Under the pieces are notes generated by a model. The model was not told the origin of the DNA and did not search any database. It saw nothing but the letters and a program-made list of their open reading frames with translations. A DNA stretch of 64,000 nucleotides from Podospora anserina (lineage: Eukaryota). Made by a program: the position numbers and the translations under genes. The DNA is taken from contig CM030333.1 in NCBI GenBank assembly GCA_017654855.1, positions 1,426,001-1,490,000 of the forward strand, given 5' to 3'. Of the stretch, positions 46,916 to 60,091 are shown one piece after another. The first letter of the stretch is position 1; each line of letters opens with the position of its first letter.

Positions 46916-49900
46916 CTACTCCCCTCCCATCCCCTCCCCATCTGGGCCATCCCCCTCATCCAACTTCACCACCCTCGCCGCCTTCTTCTTCTTCTTCTTC
47001 GTCACCACCCCCTCCCCCCCACCCCCCTCAACCTTCTTCTTCTTCTTCTTCACCACCCCCTCCTCCCCCTCATCCGCCTTCACAACCGTCTTTGTCTTTT
47101 TCTTCTTCTTCTTCACAACCGCCACCCCCTCGCTCGGCACCCCCTGCGCAACCTGAATCCTCTCATTCGCCCTCTGCATCTCCAACCTCAACCTCTGCAC
47201 CTCCTTCATCGCCAGCGCCATCTCCGCCTCCTCCTTCTGCTGCCTCTCGTGCGCAAACCCATCGTCCGGCCTCTGCTCATCCGTCAAGCTCAACCCGCCC
47301 AGCACGCTAGAGTTAAACTGCAACAGACTCTTCTGCTTAGGCTTCTTGGCCGTTTTGGAGAGATTAAAACTATCAGAGTTATTCTCCGAGTCATAGCCCG
47401 GACGAGCAGCACCCCCAGGAGTAGAGACACCGCTGTTGCCACCACTACCACCGAGCGTTTCGTCCGCTTCAATGACAATCTTCTGGCGGGCTTGTCGCGG
47501 GTGTTGAGATTGTTGATGCCTGGACGGCCCCGAGACGGAAAGTTTCTCCAAATCAAGTGACATGATCGGGATGGCGTCAATGTCGAGATCCGGCCCGTTT
47601 TCTTTTTGGAGAATGTTGTGAATTGGTGTCGAGGTACCCGTGCGGCTTGATGACATGTCCGGAATGTAAAACGGATCATCCTTGTTACGCTCCCTCCTCT
47701 CCGCTTTTCTCCTCGCAACAATGTCCGCGTCGAGGTAACTTTCCTCTCCCGCTTGCTGGTAGGAACTGCCGACTTCTTCTGGGGCATCAACCAGCCTCTC
47801 GATGGCGGGGCCGCTGTAGATGCTGGTTGGCGCTGGGCGCTGGTTGTAATACACCTCAAACTCATCATCACCCTGTGTAGGAAGCATCAGCGAGTCTGCC
47901 TGTGAAAGCAGGCTGCCCAAGTTGGGATGAATGGGCTCGTCAAGGTCCAGTCCTGATGGGATAGGGACATTGTACTGCGCCCCCGGTGCGACCGAGTTCA
48001 GCTCCCATCCCGTGAACAGTGATGGAATGGCCTGTGTAAGAAGCAAAGGTGCGTCTTGCTGAATCTCGTCTGTGGATGGCGCTTGTCCAGACGCGGCTTC
48101 GGCGGTGAGTCTGAGAAGCTCAATAAACTCGACCGCTCGTTCCTGGACTTCTAGGTAAGGATGTTGCGCAAATGGCTCGAGTATGTGAATAACCCGCGCC
48201 ATCAGCAACGATAGTGATGACTTTCTCTCGGGGGTCCACAACGCCCGATCATCCCCGGCAACATGGGCAAAAAGCTTGGGAATCGACTGGAGGCATGTTG
48301 CCAACACCTCAGGATAGTCAACTCGGGGCACGAGACCCAGCATGTTCCTCAACGTATCGTCAGGCGACGAGAGCTGGAAAGCGTACTCTCCCACCACAAA
48401 TGCCAACGGCTTCAGGGCGCCAGTGACCACTGGCCGTGAAGAAACCGTGTCAGTGCTGAGACGCGAGATAATCAACTCTGCAGCGCGCACAGCAGCAGGC
48501 CTCACAGCCTTGACCTTTACGGCCACGTTCCTGAGTTCGTTTCCAATCCTCTCCGAGATATCGACTGACTTGGGTGACGAAGAACTGTCCGAGTCGAGAT
48601 CCCGAGGGCTCGGAGGCGGAGCAATGCGGACGAGCTGGGTCAGGACGTCGATATACCAGTCAAAGTCGATCACGTTAGCGTAGTTGTTCTGAGAGCACAT
48701 GCCCAGTATCCGACCGATCACGTCGATGGTGTAGTCGTCTGGCAAAGGGGCCGTTTGCTCTTGTGACTTGGCACGCCGTCCAGAACCATCTTCACTGGAG
48801 TCGTCCAGATCCTCTTGTCCGTCTTGTTGCTGTGCCAGAGCACTCGACGAGGCTTTGAGCTGCCTCATCAGCCGGCTGACAATGGACAGCAGGTTGTCAC
48901 TGCTGACCATCCCTTGCACGAGGTCAAGTGCCTTGATTCTGATGGAGATATCCTCGCTGTCAATGCATTCCAGGATAACATCTTCCTGCTCAGCAACAAG
49001 CATTGGATGAGTGGTGACAATCCTGTTGAAGGCCAGCAGAGCAACATACTTCACTGATCGCCCTCGTGTCAGCCGAGTCCCACAATCCGATGAAAAAGCC
49101 ACTCACAGTTCGGGTCACTGTTGATTGACACCATGCCCCTGAGCTTGGACACGCATAGTGAGGCAACTTCTTCCCGGGCAGAGAAATCTTCACCGTCACC
49201 CAAAATGCCACCCTGAATGATACCGTTAATGCATTCATACAGGAGAGACATGGCAGGTGTAGTTTTGACGAGGTTGGTTAATGGCGGCAGCAGCTTTCGG
49301 ACCAGGCGAGGCTCGAGGGGAGTCAAAGTCGCAAACTGGACGCAGGTTAGGCAAGGAACTGAGGTGCAGGATGTCACATAGGCGTCCTACAAGTTTGATG
49401 AGCTTGATGGCCATCCAGTTATTCCCGCCATCCACCAGCAATTCAAACAGCCGCGGTGCCAGCGGGAGGAAATCCTGCGGCCTCCTCCATCCCAGCTCAC
49501 ACACCACGTTGACAATAGCAGCCGTCACACTCGGGTCCTCGTCCTTGTCCATCAACCGCTCTTTGATCTTGGGCCATGCTGCACGTAGCGCCTCGGGGTA
49601 AACCAGTGCTAGTCGGTAAAGAGTGACCACTGTCTTCTTTTTTATGGACGCGTGGGAGTGGGTGAGTCGTGGTAGCAAATCCCCTAGCAGTGAGAGAGCT
49701 AATGACGGGGTTACTAGATGTGGCAGCGCGACGATCGGTAGTGTTATTGTCGTCGGGTGGGAAGAAGCGAGGTCCTTCTTCAGCAAGTTTGTAGCCATCA
49801 TCAGGACATCGGTATCGGGACGGAAACTCTGGACAGCCCCCAGATATCCAACTCGTTTCTGGTGGTATTTTTGCGACGACATAACCTCCAATACGTGGAA

Positions 49901-50202
49901 GGAGGCCCAGGACATGTCGTGGCCGTTCATCTCGAGGTAGATTAGTTTGAGCAAGGCAGTGGCCTTGAGGTCTACGTCCGAGATCAGCTTGAGCGTCCGA
50001 GAGATTGACTGTGTGGAGGAGACGAACCCATATCTGGGCTTCTTATTTCAGACCGGCATTCTTTCAGACAATTTTGAATGTATTCCTTCTCGTTTCCCTT
50101 GTGATTGCGCAGACCTCTAATGAGGTCGTACAGTGATTTCTCGAACCTGCACCACGTCAGCACCACTCATGCTTCCAAGCATATGGCAAGACCGACATAC
50201 AT
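46916..50202 (-). CDS. APL5: AP-3 adaptor complex subunit delta; ~5 exons, start codon split by the first intron
   Basis: M|FEKSLYDLIRGLRNHKG...LKLIYLEM.GHDMSWASFHVLEVMSS...KRVGYL...NNWMAIKLIKL|FATLTPLEPRL...DPN|LKYVALLAF...DLEVQERA-like motif; Lys-rich C-terminus. Confidence 0.93.
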
Positions 50203-50893
50203 GGCTGTGGTTTTGTGATGTCAAAGGTGTATATGTCCAATACCTTATTCGTATGCGCTTGTGTGGGAAGACTCGAGGTTGAATATCGCGAAGCTTAGCT
50301 CGACGATCCGCGGTTCCTGGATTCGGGATTGAATGGCGGGGATGCAGGGGGCACCGTGCTGTGTTGTCGCGGGCTTCAGCGGCGGAAAGGGGCCTTGTAG
50401 GATCTGTGAAGGAGGTACGATGTAGGGATGGCAAGATTCGTAGAGGGCATCTTGGTTTGGTCGTCGTCAATCAGCTCGCAGGCGATTCTGCGCAGTGTTT
50501 CGTGGGCTTGCGCAACTCTCAACAAAGCTCCAGGGCAGTCTGATGCTGTCGTTGCACCTCCAGGTGGCCCCAAGGTGGGTTGGCCGCACGTCACCGTACA
50601 GTGCGTTCCAGCGGGCAGGGAACCCGGCCTGGCACTGTATTCGGGGCGGAACAAGCTCCCACCGCGGCCAAAACTGACAGGGAAGGCCCGAGCTTTGAAC
50701 CACATGAAGGTCTTGGCGTTTATTAGAGGTCCCCACTCTCCACATCCCGTCCCGTCGTCAAGTGGTTTGTTACATTCTGTGTTCCTGAATTCCATCATCA
50801 ATCAGTCAACCCAACGACAACACATTCAACAACAGACCCGACCCTATCCGAGACACATTCCCACCGAATATCTAATCTAATCTAATCGAATCA

Positions 50894-52059
50894 ATGGCAC
50901 CGTCCCTCATCCGCTCGCCGGTCCAGCTGCCACCGGCCGAGGCATTGGCCCTCTCCCAGCAAGCTCCTGTCATCCTCCAGAGCTCTCCGAGCACCGTGTC
51001 ATCATCCGCCCTGGGTTCATTGTTTTCCGCCACCGAGAAGCCCGAGCTATGGATACAATACGAGAACTTGATTCTTTCCTGTCTCCGAACTGGCGACGAC
51101 AGGGCGGCACAAGAATGCTACGATCGACTTGCTGCTCGTTTCGGAAACAATGACCGAGTCAAGGCGCTGGGAGGGCTCATCAAGGAGGCCCAGGCCCAAA
51201 ATAATGGCGAGTTGGAAAAGGTTCTGAAGGAGTACGACCAGATGCTCGAGGAGAACAACACCAATCTCGTTCGTGAACCACACTTTCCCTTCCTGCTGTG
51301 CTATCCATCCAAGATTGGCCAGGAACTAATCCCCTCTCCACAGCCTATCATGAAGAGACGTATTGCCCTCCTTCGATCCATGGGCCGCCTCTCGGATGCG
51401 GGCTCAGCCCTGGTGCAGCTTCTTGATTTCTCCCCGACCGATTCCGAGGCTTGGTCTGAGCTGTCGGATCTCTACTTTTCTCAGGGGTTGTACCCACAAG
51501 CGATCTACGCCATGGAAGAGGTCCTGATCCTGGCTCCAAACGCATGGAATGTACGCAATGCCACGGTGAAACAGTCTAAGCCCTATGCTAACGGGTCCCC
51601 TTCAGGTACATGCCCGACTAGGCGAACTGCAATACATGGCCGCCACTGCTTCGGGTGCCACCGGTGCACCCTATCAGAAGCAGATGGCAGAGGCCATCAA
51701 GCGTTTCTCGCGCAGCATTGAGTTGTGCGACAATTATCTGCGAGGTTATTATGGCTTGAAACTGGTTAGATATGCCGTTGGAACTGCCAAGACGATATGA
51801 TTGCTGACCCCTTTTCCAGGTCACAAAGAGACTGTTGAAGGACAATGCCAAGCCGGCAAAGCAGTCTGACGATGAAGACTTCTCTCTCCCAGATTCCAAC
51901 ACCATTGAGCGGTTGAATGAACTGGCCACAGCCAAGTTGGCCGAGATTGTCCGACACAGCAGTGCGCAAGACCGCGGTTGGAGGGGGTACGATGCCGCCG
52001 AGGTTGCAGCAGCGCGGGAGCTCCTCTCCGAGGATGCGCCCTCGGGGATGGAGAGGTGA
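50894..52059 (+). CDS. EMC2: ER membrane protein complex subunit 2 (TPR protein); ~4 exons
   Basis: WIQYENLILSCLRTGDD..A...IMKRRIALLRS...PTDSEAWSELSDLY....Y.QAIYAMEE...PNAWN|VHARLGE...FSRSIELCDNYLRGYYGLKL. Confidence 0.8.
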
Positions 52060-55000
52060 TTTCTTGCTCGGACCAAAGAAACAACGGCATCGCGACAATA
52101 CCCAGTGACGCGTTCGAAACTCGCAGACAACGTGAGTCACGATGGCTGCCGGCTAGATGAGGAGCTGCTTCTGCAATGCAGTGGACACACTGTCGCGTTC
52201 GACATTCAACCCCCAGGATTATTGGCGCATTCTTACAACTGCTTTGCTATTAGCCGAGGTGGTGGGTCTTGGGCAGGAAGACGTATGAGCATCGGCACCC
52301 AACGTGGCTCCAGTCAAGGAAACGGGATGCATCTGAGCTGTGTGTGTGTGTGTGCGGGTGGGGCACTTGCGGTGCGGCCCTTTGGAGCCCAACCGGAATG
52401 CGGCTCGATTACTCTTGCAGACCTGCTTCTTTCTCCCGACCACTCGCCGGCCACTTTGGGCACAAAAAAAACCAGAGCCACCGGTCTAGTCTGAGCACGA
52501 GGAGGATCGCGCCGCCCAGAAGGGAAACGCCGGTACCTGGCTGGAGCAACGTCAATGGTTGCTCTATGACCTAATGATGCAGCGTTGCAAGGAACCCGGA
52601 CGCCTTCTTCTGCTGTCCTTGAAACCTTGAAGCCTTAGCCAGAAGGGTCTCTGCAGGACATGTTGACGTGTCGGTCGCCAGAGTTTTGGTTTTGGGCACG
52701 GACTGAGTTGTCGATGCTGTGGGCTGTGGGCTGCGGGTTAGCAGAGCGAGAAACAGAGTAGAATCGAAAAAGGCAAATGGAGAAAAGGGTCGACATGGCC
52801 TATATCTAAGACCACATTGTCCACGCGGTGCCTCTTGCGCAAGCTCCTCCACATACAAACCCCTGCTTCCCTGTCACGAACCAACAACCGAAAATCGAGA
52901 TCCGGCGCATGCCGTTTGATTGCCTTGCGAAGCTGTTGCTTGATGGTTTCGCATCCCTGTGCACGCATTCTTGTTTGAACTCAACCCACGTACAGATAGG
53001 CAACCTATCCATCGAGAGCACCGGATCCCTTCGTTGCGGGAGTAGGGTCGAGGATGTATGCGCCTAGCGGGTGATGATTCTGTCATTCATGCCTCACCCA
53101 TCCATCTTCTCGTTGATGGCTGCTAGGCGTGGGAGAACCGGAAGGAAGAAGGACTCACCGCCTGACGAATGCGGCTTGGGGCCGACGTTGCAAGCTGGCA
53201 TCGGGCTCCGGGGTCTTCCCGGTACGGGCAGCCAGCAAAGAGATGCACACAATCCGAGAGCCCGGCCGATTAGCCCAGTGACAGGCCACCGTTTGGATGT
53301 GTACGGCCAAGATGGGATCAAGTCAGGGTGTGTAAGGGGTTTCCTGTAGGCAACACAACGCTCCGCCCTCCTGTTTAGTGCTACTGCAGCTCGAGTTGTC
53401 CCCTAGCATTTCTAATTCAGCCTACCCGGGCGTACATACACTTTATTCGCATTGCCTTGCCTGCTGCTGCTTGCTTCCTTCCATGGTGCTGTGTCGTGTC
53501 TCTAACCACTGACCACAAAGCAAACACACACATACATGCGGACAGAACAACATCTCAACGTAGACGAACTTTTCTTTTTTCTTTTTTTCTTTTCTTGCGT
53601 CCGCCTGCTTGACTGATCGGCCCGCGCACTGACAACACAGAAGACATATCAAAACTTCCCATTTCCACCCTCCGATTCTGTCCCACAGAAACACCCTCAC
53701 GAGCTACAAAGATACCTGCCGCAATCCAACGCCGCACGCTCGCATCTCTCGCACCACACCATCCACGGTTACATAATCTAATCATAGCCTCACCGCAACT
53801 GAGCACTCGACGACGAAGACGTTGAGCAACGCTCGACGAGGACGCATTTGCCGCCAATCCCACCGACACTGCGGGAACACTGAAACCACCCCCAACCAAA
53901 TCATAGCCTTGTTTGCTTGCTTTGAGGTATGGGTCATTCTCTCGTCTTATTCTCATTGCATGCTTTTTGTTGGATCACTTCTCTTTTTATCCATGATCGG
54001 TCCCTCCTGGGGCTGCATCAAGCACAGTGGCCATTCCGTTGTTCTTCATGAACGGCCATGCAGACCAACCGGGTGTTGAGTCGATGCCCTACAGGAACAG
54101 GAAACAACTGCACTGGACAGCCTTGGCAGTTAGATCGTCATGGGCAATACCACACTCATCATCACCGAGAGACGGGAATGGGGAGGCAAACTTGCCCCGT
54201 CAACCCTGTGCATAGTTGAGCACCTGATGATGATCATGATGATGATGAGGGTGGTGAGGGCGGTAAGCAGTGGTGGTGGTGGTGGTGGTGTTTAACGGTT
54301 CACAGCCCTGGGCCCGTTTCCACTGCCGTCGCGGGGATTCCACGTTCCATTTATCGTCAAGGTCGTCTCGAGCCGAGAGAACCCCTCACTGACGCTATGC
54401 TAGTATTGAGGCTTATACCTACCTCTCTTACCTTGGCGCCCGTGCTGCGTCTCGAGTCCTTGACAGACAAGAGTGTGAGTTGCGGTTCCTGTTTCTCTCC
54501 TGGCGCGGTCAGCGGTCACGAGTGTTACCCACCACAGGCCTGTCTGGTCTGGCCCGACACTGGCTTACACTACTACAAGATAGAGAAGCACATACACAAG
54601 CAGAATAAAGGTGGGTTGCCCGGCCCCGGCCCCCTCTTCCTATATCTTGGTGTTCTCCCCCTCCTTTCCACAGATATTCCCGTCCTCTCCTTTCCAGAGT
54701 GCTGGGTCCATCATTACACACGCTGTCCCCTCTCCCTCTCTTCCCTCTCTCCTTTCCCCCTTAACCCTCGCCCTCACCCTCACCCTCCTCACCTTGGTCG
54801 CGATGGCGAATGAACTGGGCTAGACGGCAGTCCACTTTCTTTCGTCGTCGCACTGAGAGAGACAGGGCCTGGCTCACTCACACAGCAGCCCCTCATTGTG
54901 GATCTGATCTAGGCGTTTTGTGCATACCGTTCCCTGCCGCTGACCGCTGACCACGGACCACCCCTTCCCCCCAGCAAGGACAACTCTCTCAACCCAAGTC

Positions 55001-55462
55001 CAGTCACAAACCAACCCGATCTCTCCCTTTTTTTTTTTTGCGCCCAACCCACTTTATTTATTTTTCGCCCGTGCATTCGTCCCAAGTTCTTCTGCCTCTT
55101 TTTTCACCCGAACTGAAAGAACAGACCCAGATCATCTGAGAGCGATTGCGATTGATACAGCCTACCCCTGACCCGACCAAGCATTTTCCCTCAAGCGTTC
55201 TTGTTGAACATCCACCACAGACTCCCCAAGACTCCCCAGACTCCTCCCCCGCTCCCGCTCCCTACTCTCCACCCACCACCCACCAGCCGGTAGTGCTCAG
55301 CCCAGCCCAGCCCACCACGAGACAGCGATAAACGAGAGACGATATCTATAAGAACAAGAATACTGCGCCAATTTCATTCCCCTTCAATTACTTGACTCCC
55401 ACTTTCTCGACAACATCTGTTGCGGATCAAAGGGTGACGGTAACAGATAGGAACCATTCCCA

Positions 55463-58308
55463 ATGTCGTAAGTAGACACACACACACACCCCTGGCCTGG
55501 ACGGCTCTGGAATTCCTCAGCCCGTGCCACCGAGAGCTGTGCCGCAACTCACCTATAACACCCCCCTCCAATAATGTGTCCCGGTTTGACTAACCCGTCG
55601 CGCCCTGTTTTTTCCCCCTCACGTTAGAATAAGAGGACGATCCGTAACAATAAACACACGCAGTCACAGCCACGCTGCACCATCGACATCTTCAGATTCA
55701 TACTATACTGACGAGGACTCGTACTCGCAACAAAGCCACGAGTACAGCGAATCGCTCGCTGACGACGACGACGAAGAGGAAGAGGACGACGACGACGAAG
55801 ACGAGTGGGGAGGAGAATACGACGACATTGACCCGTCGGATTCTGCATCCACCGCTCACCACGAGCCCTACAAGCGCCCCATTTCCCGAAACCACAGCGG
55901 CACCGGCAGACCGCACAGCGGCTCCCGACGTCACCGGCTTCCACCACCCCAGGGACGCCAGTCGGCAAGCTACTACCAATCACCCCAAGCGCCTCCAATG
56001 AGCCTGGACCCCTCGGACGAATACGGCTCGACGTATGGTCGCCCAAGCTATGCCCACGGCCCACCACCGCCCAACAACGTCGGCGCATTCTACGGAAACC
56101 GAGGTAACCAACCCCCAGCAGGGTATGCAGCAAGTCACGTAGGCGGTTTCGGCGCAAGTCCATACGGAGCCGGCCAAATGGTTCCCTACGGTGACTATTC
56201 GAATCCCTTCGCGCCCATGCGCGGCGCCAACGGGCCCCCTCAAAATGATTACTACAACGATCCCCGCGCACTCGGCCCACATGGTCACCAGTCGGGTCCG
56301 GGTCCGCAGCACTACGGACACGGCATGATGGCCCCCTACAACCCCGCCGGAGCGGCGGCCTCCATGTTTTACGGTGCTCACCAGGGCTATGGTGGCATGC
56401 CTCCACACATGCAGATGCACATGTATCAAGCACCCCCTCCACCGCCAACAGAAGTCAGCCCCAGACCGACGACACCCGCACCCGCCCCTCCTCCCAAGCC
56501 GGCCGAGCCAGACCCGGCTATGCTCAAACTGCAAGCCGAACTGGAAGCCTTCAAGAAGGCCCAGAAAGAAAAGGAAGAAGCGGAAAAGCAAAGGGCACTG
56601 GAGGAAAAGATCCGCCAAGACGCCGCAGAGGCCTACCGCCGGCAGATGGAAGAGACTGAACGGCAGAGGAAGAAGGCCGAGGAGGAAGCCGCCGCGGCAA
56701 GGAGAAAGGCCGAGGAGGAGGCTGCCAGGCAAAAGATGGAACACGAAAGGCAGCTTGCTCTCGCCAAGGCCGAAGCTGAAAAGGCGACGCTGGAAAGGTT
56801 GGAGAAGGAGCGAAGAGAGGCCGAGCAGAGGAGGAAGGAAGCCGAGGAGGAGCGCAAGAGGCTTGAGCGGGAGGCACGCGACAAGTTTGAGGCCGAGATG
56901 AGAGCTGCTGAGGAGCGCAGAAGGCGCGAGGCGGAGGCTGCTGCTCTTGCTGAGGCTGAAGCCAAGGCCCGTGTGGAAAGAGCCATCCGTGAGGAGCAGG
57001 AGAAGATGGCGGCCAAGATCAAGGCTGAGGAAGAGGCCAAGGCTGCTGCTGCTGCGAAGGCGGCCGAGGAGGCCAAGAAGCTCAAGGAGCTGGAAGAAGA
57101 GGCGAAGAAGGCTCTGGAAAGGGCCATCAAGGAGCAGGAGGAGAAGCTCGCGGCTGCTGTCAAGGCGGAGCGCGAGAAGATTGAGGCTGCTCAGAAGGCC
57201 GAGGAAGAGGCCAAAGCCGCGGCGGCGAAGAAGGCTGCCGAGGAGGAGGCCTGGAAGAAGAAGCTGGAGCAGGAGGCTCAGATGAAGGCAGAGCTGGAGG
57301 CGAGAGAGAAGATTGAGAAGGAGAGGCAGGCTGCCGAGGCGGCTGCTGCTGCCGCCGCCGCGGCGAAGGCCGCCGAGGAGGCCCTCAAGAAGAGGCTGAT
57401 GGAGGAGGCCAAGGTGAAGGTTGAGGAGGCTGTCAAGAAGAAGGAGAAGCCGCCCATCAGGTTTAAGGATGCTGTCGGGCGCAAGTTTAGCTTCCCCTTT
57501 CACCTTTGCGCCACTTGGACGGGCATGGAGGAGTTGATCAAGCAGGCCTTCCTTAACATGGAGGTCATTGGCCCTCACGTGCAGGAAGGGCACTACGACT
57601 TGATCGGCCCCGACGGCGAAATCATCCTGCCTTCGGTCTGGGAGCGTGTCATCCAGCCCGACTGGGCCGTCACGATGCACATGTGGCCCATGGAGAAGCA
57701 CCCCCTCCGCATGCAGCACCCGGGTATGCCGCCCCCGGGCATGCAAATGCCTGGCATGCCCCCCGGAATGGGCCGACCCCAACCCCAAGGTGGACACCAC
57801 GGACATGGGCACCGGCCCTCCATGGGGATACCATTCCGGCCACTTTCCCGTCCGAACGGTGGACAAGGCGGACCACCGCCCCCTCCTCCGCCTCCGGGCG
57901 GCATGCCATGGCCGCCTGCCGGTGGCGGCATGGGCGGCATACCGATGCCCGGTCAGGGACAACGTATCAGGGTTCCAATGCCCGGACCGAACGGCGCCGT
58001 TGTTGTGACGGCGGATCCGCCAAAGGTGAAGAAGTCCAAGGGCGCGCCGACGACGGTGCTGGGGTGGATGGCGGGCAAGCCGACCAAGAGCAGCGGGAAA
58101 AAGTATGTTGCAGACTCCTCCCCCCAGATTGTGGTATCCAAACCTGTCGTCCCCGAGAAGCACCGAGCACATTATGTGGAGTATGAGTTGAAGTCACGGA
58201 GTCGAAGTTTGTCGTTTTACCTTGCCCCCCTGTATCATCATCATTTATCACGGATGTTTTTTGAGATGGCACTGTGCTGACGTGTATTGGTGCAACAGGA
58301 AGAAATAA
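55463..58308 (+). CDS. Large coiled-coil protein with a fungal ubiquitin-like domain and Pro/Gly-rich tail; exons ~55463-55467, 55628-58102, 58299-58308
   Basis: ATG TC|GTAAGT...TAG joins in frame to ORF 55998; acidic DDIDPSDSAS N-terminus, long E/K/A heptad region, PIRFKDAVGRKFSFPFHLCATW.GMEELIKQAF...GHYDLIGPDGEIILP.VWE..IQPDW.VTMHMWP domain, terminal KKK* exon. Confidence 0.85.
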
Positions 58309-59308
58309 GCGTTGAGTTACCCAGACACTATCGAAGATAACATCCCTCGACTTACTCACCCGATATACAACCTTTCTCTCATCAACATTTCTCGCTGCTT
58401 TTTTTTTTTTTGGGTTTCTCTACTCAGTTTGTGTCTACAGTTTTTTTTTTGGCTTTTTGATACCTTGTCGCTTATTTTTGCCTCGCAGGTTTTTTCTTTT
58501 TTTTCTTTCAGTATAACATTTTGAAATTTGGACGGTGGGAGAGATATACGAGGTATGATGGAATATGATATTTGGATATGACGGAAACGAAACGTATATG
58601 GATGGATGGATGGTCAAGATATGGAGATGGGTATGGAAGATGATGGTGGGTGGCATTAGTTTTTTTTTCTTCTTTTTTTCTCCTTCTTCTCTTCGTTTCG
58701 GCCCGGCGCAAAAAGCTCAAGCATCACATCATGGTCAAAGCATTTGCAACAAAGCGTGGCGCGACGGGCGAGTGGAATATTTTTGTTTTTGTTTTTTTGG
58801 TTTAGTTTGTGTGGTGGTGGTGTGGTCCTAGATGCTTTTTTTGTGGTCCTTCGTTATTTTCTGCGATCTTCTAGGCTGGTTCGTGTTGTGTTGTTTATTG
58901 TTTACTTTTTACGTATTATAAAACAAAAAATGAGAAGTACAAAAATAAAAAAGGGTCAAAAATTGTTGTTAATGTTTTGAGCGTTCGGTGTGATTGGTTT
59001 GAGTGGTTGAAGGTGTCTATGTGTTGTGTGTGTGCTGAGTATCGCCTGTCTAACTCCTTCGCTTGCTGTCTATCTCTATTGTACATATTTTTACACTTTT
59101 CTCCTTCCAACTCCCAGCTCGCTCCCTTCTACGCCTGTGGTGTTACATATCCATAACCATACACCCTTCAAGCTCCTTGTCCCCATATTCTTACGCCTTT
59201 GCCCACCCTCCGGTACCTGAACCACCAGAACTCTAACCAACTTCCCAACCAGAGTAGCGGCGGCAAAGTGCTTGTCGCCAGAGCCGGCCCGGTGACTTTG
59301 CTTCCCAT

Positions 59309-60091
59309 CTACTCCCCCAAGGTAGCCACTCCTATACACACCCCGACCTGTGGCCTTCCCCCTCGTCCGCAAACCTCCCTGGCCCTCCCCTCAAAAGCAC
59401 ATATCATCCGTCCCACCATCTCATCCGCCACGGCCCGAACCGCGAGCCCGACAGCCGGATTCGCAAACCGAAACCTCACCACCAATTTCACCTCCGTCAC
59501 CCCCCCTTTTACTTCCCGCACCGTCCACTTCGTGCACAAACTCTCAAACACCCCCCCCTCCAACCCCTTTTTGTCCCCCTCTGTATTCTCATACCCGTGT
59601 TTTCTTAGGACGTCAAGCGGGATGGTAGGGCTGGCGTTTCCGGATACCGCCTCGACGGTGGTGCAGGGGATGCAGTACACTCTGGAAGTGTAGGATTGGG
59701 TGATGGGACCCCAGCCGACTGTGAGGTCGCCGGTTTTGGGGAGGTTGGTTTTGGGGGTAAAAGAGGTGATGAGGGAGTGGGTGCAGTGGGGGAGGAAGCG
59801 GTGGTAGGAGTTTATGTCGGCGATTAGTGAGTAGATTTCTGAGGGGGGGTAAGGGAGGACTTTGGTTGCGGAGAGAGTGGTTATTGGGGCGGTGGTCGGG
59901 AGGGGGGGGAGGAGGGAGGTGAGGAATGTTCTTGAATGGGGGCGAGATTGTGGTTTTCGGGACTGGAGAGGAGGTGGTTGTCGGGATTGGGGCGATAATA
60001 ATGATGATTGTTGTTGGGAGGGGAGGAGGAGCAAGGGTCGTCGAGAAAGGCGAGAAAGGGGGGCTGCTCGTAGTCGCAGGCTTGGGTGCAT
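59309..60091 (-). CDS. COQ10: Coenzyme Q-binding protein, START/polyketide-cyclase fold
   Basis: Arg/Ser-rich presequence-like N-terminus, LPYPPSEIYSLIADINSY..FLPHC..S, LTVGW, YTSRVYC, FESL.TKW, MI.AFE.RA. Confidence 0.85.
   Translation of the reverse strand: MHPSLRLRAAPLSRLSRRPLLLLPSQQQSSLLSPQSRQPPPLQSRKPQSRPHSRTFLTSLLPPLPTTAPITTLSATKVLPYPPSEIYSLIADINSYHRFLPHCTHSLITSFTPKTNLPKTGDLTVGWGPITQSYTSRVYCIPCTTVEAVSGNASPTIPLDVLRKHGYENTEGDKKGLEGGVFESLCTKWTVREVKGGVTEVKLVVRFRFANPAVGLAVRAVADEMVGRMICAFEGRAREVCGRGGRPQVGVCIGVATLGE

Noticed and set aside
55980-58172. 730-aa minus-strand ORF
   Set aside because: Antisense shadow of the E/K/A coiled-coil gene; its Leu-rich translation follows from complementing GAG/AAG codons.
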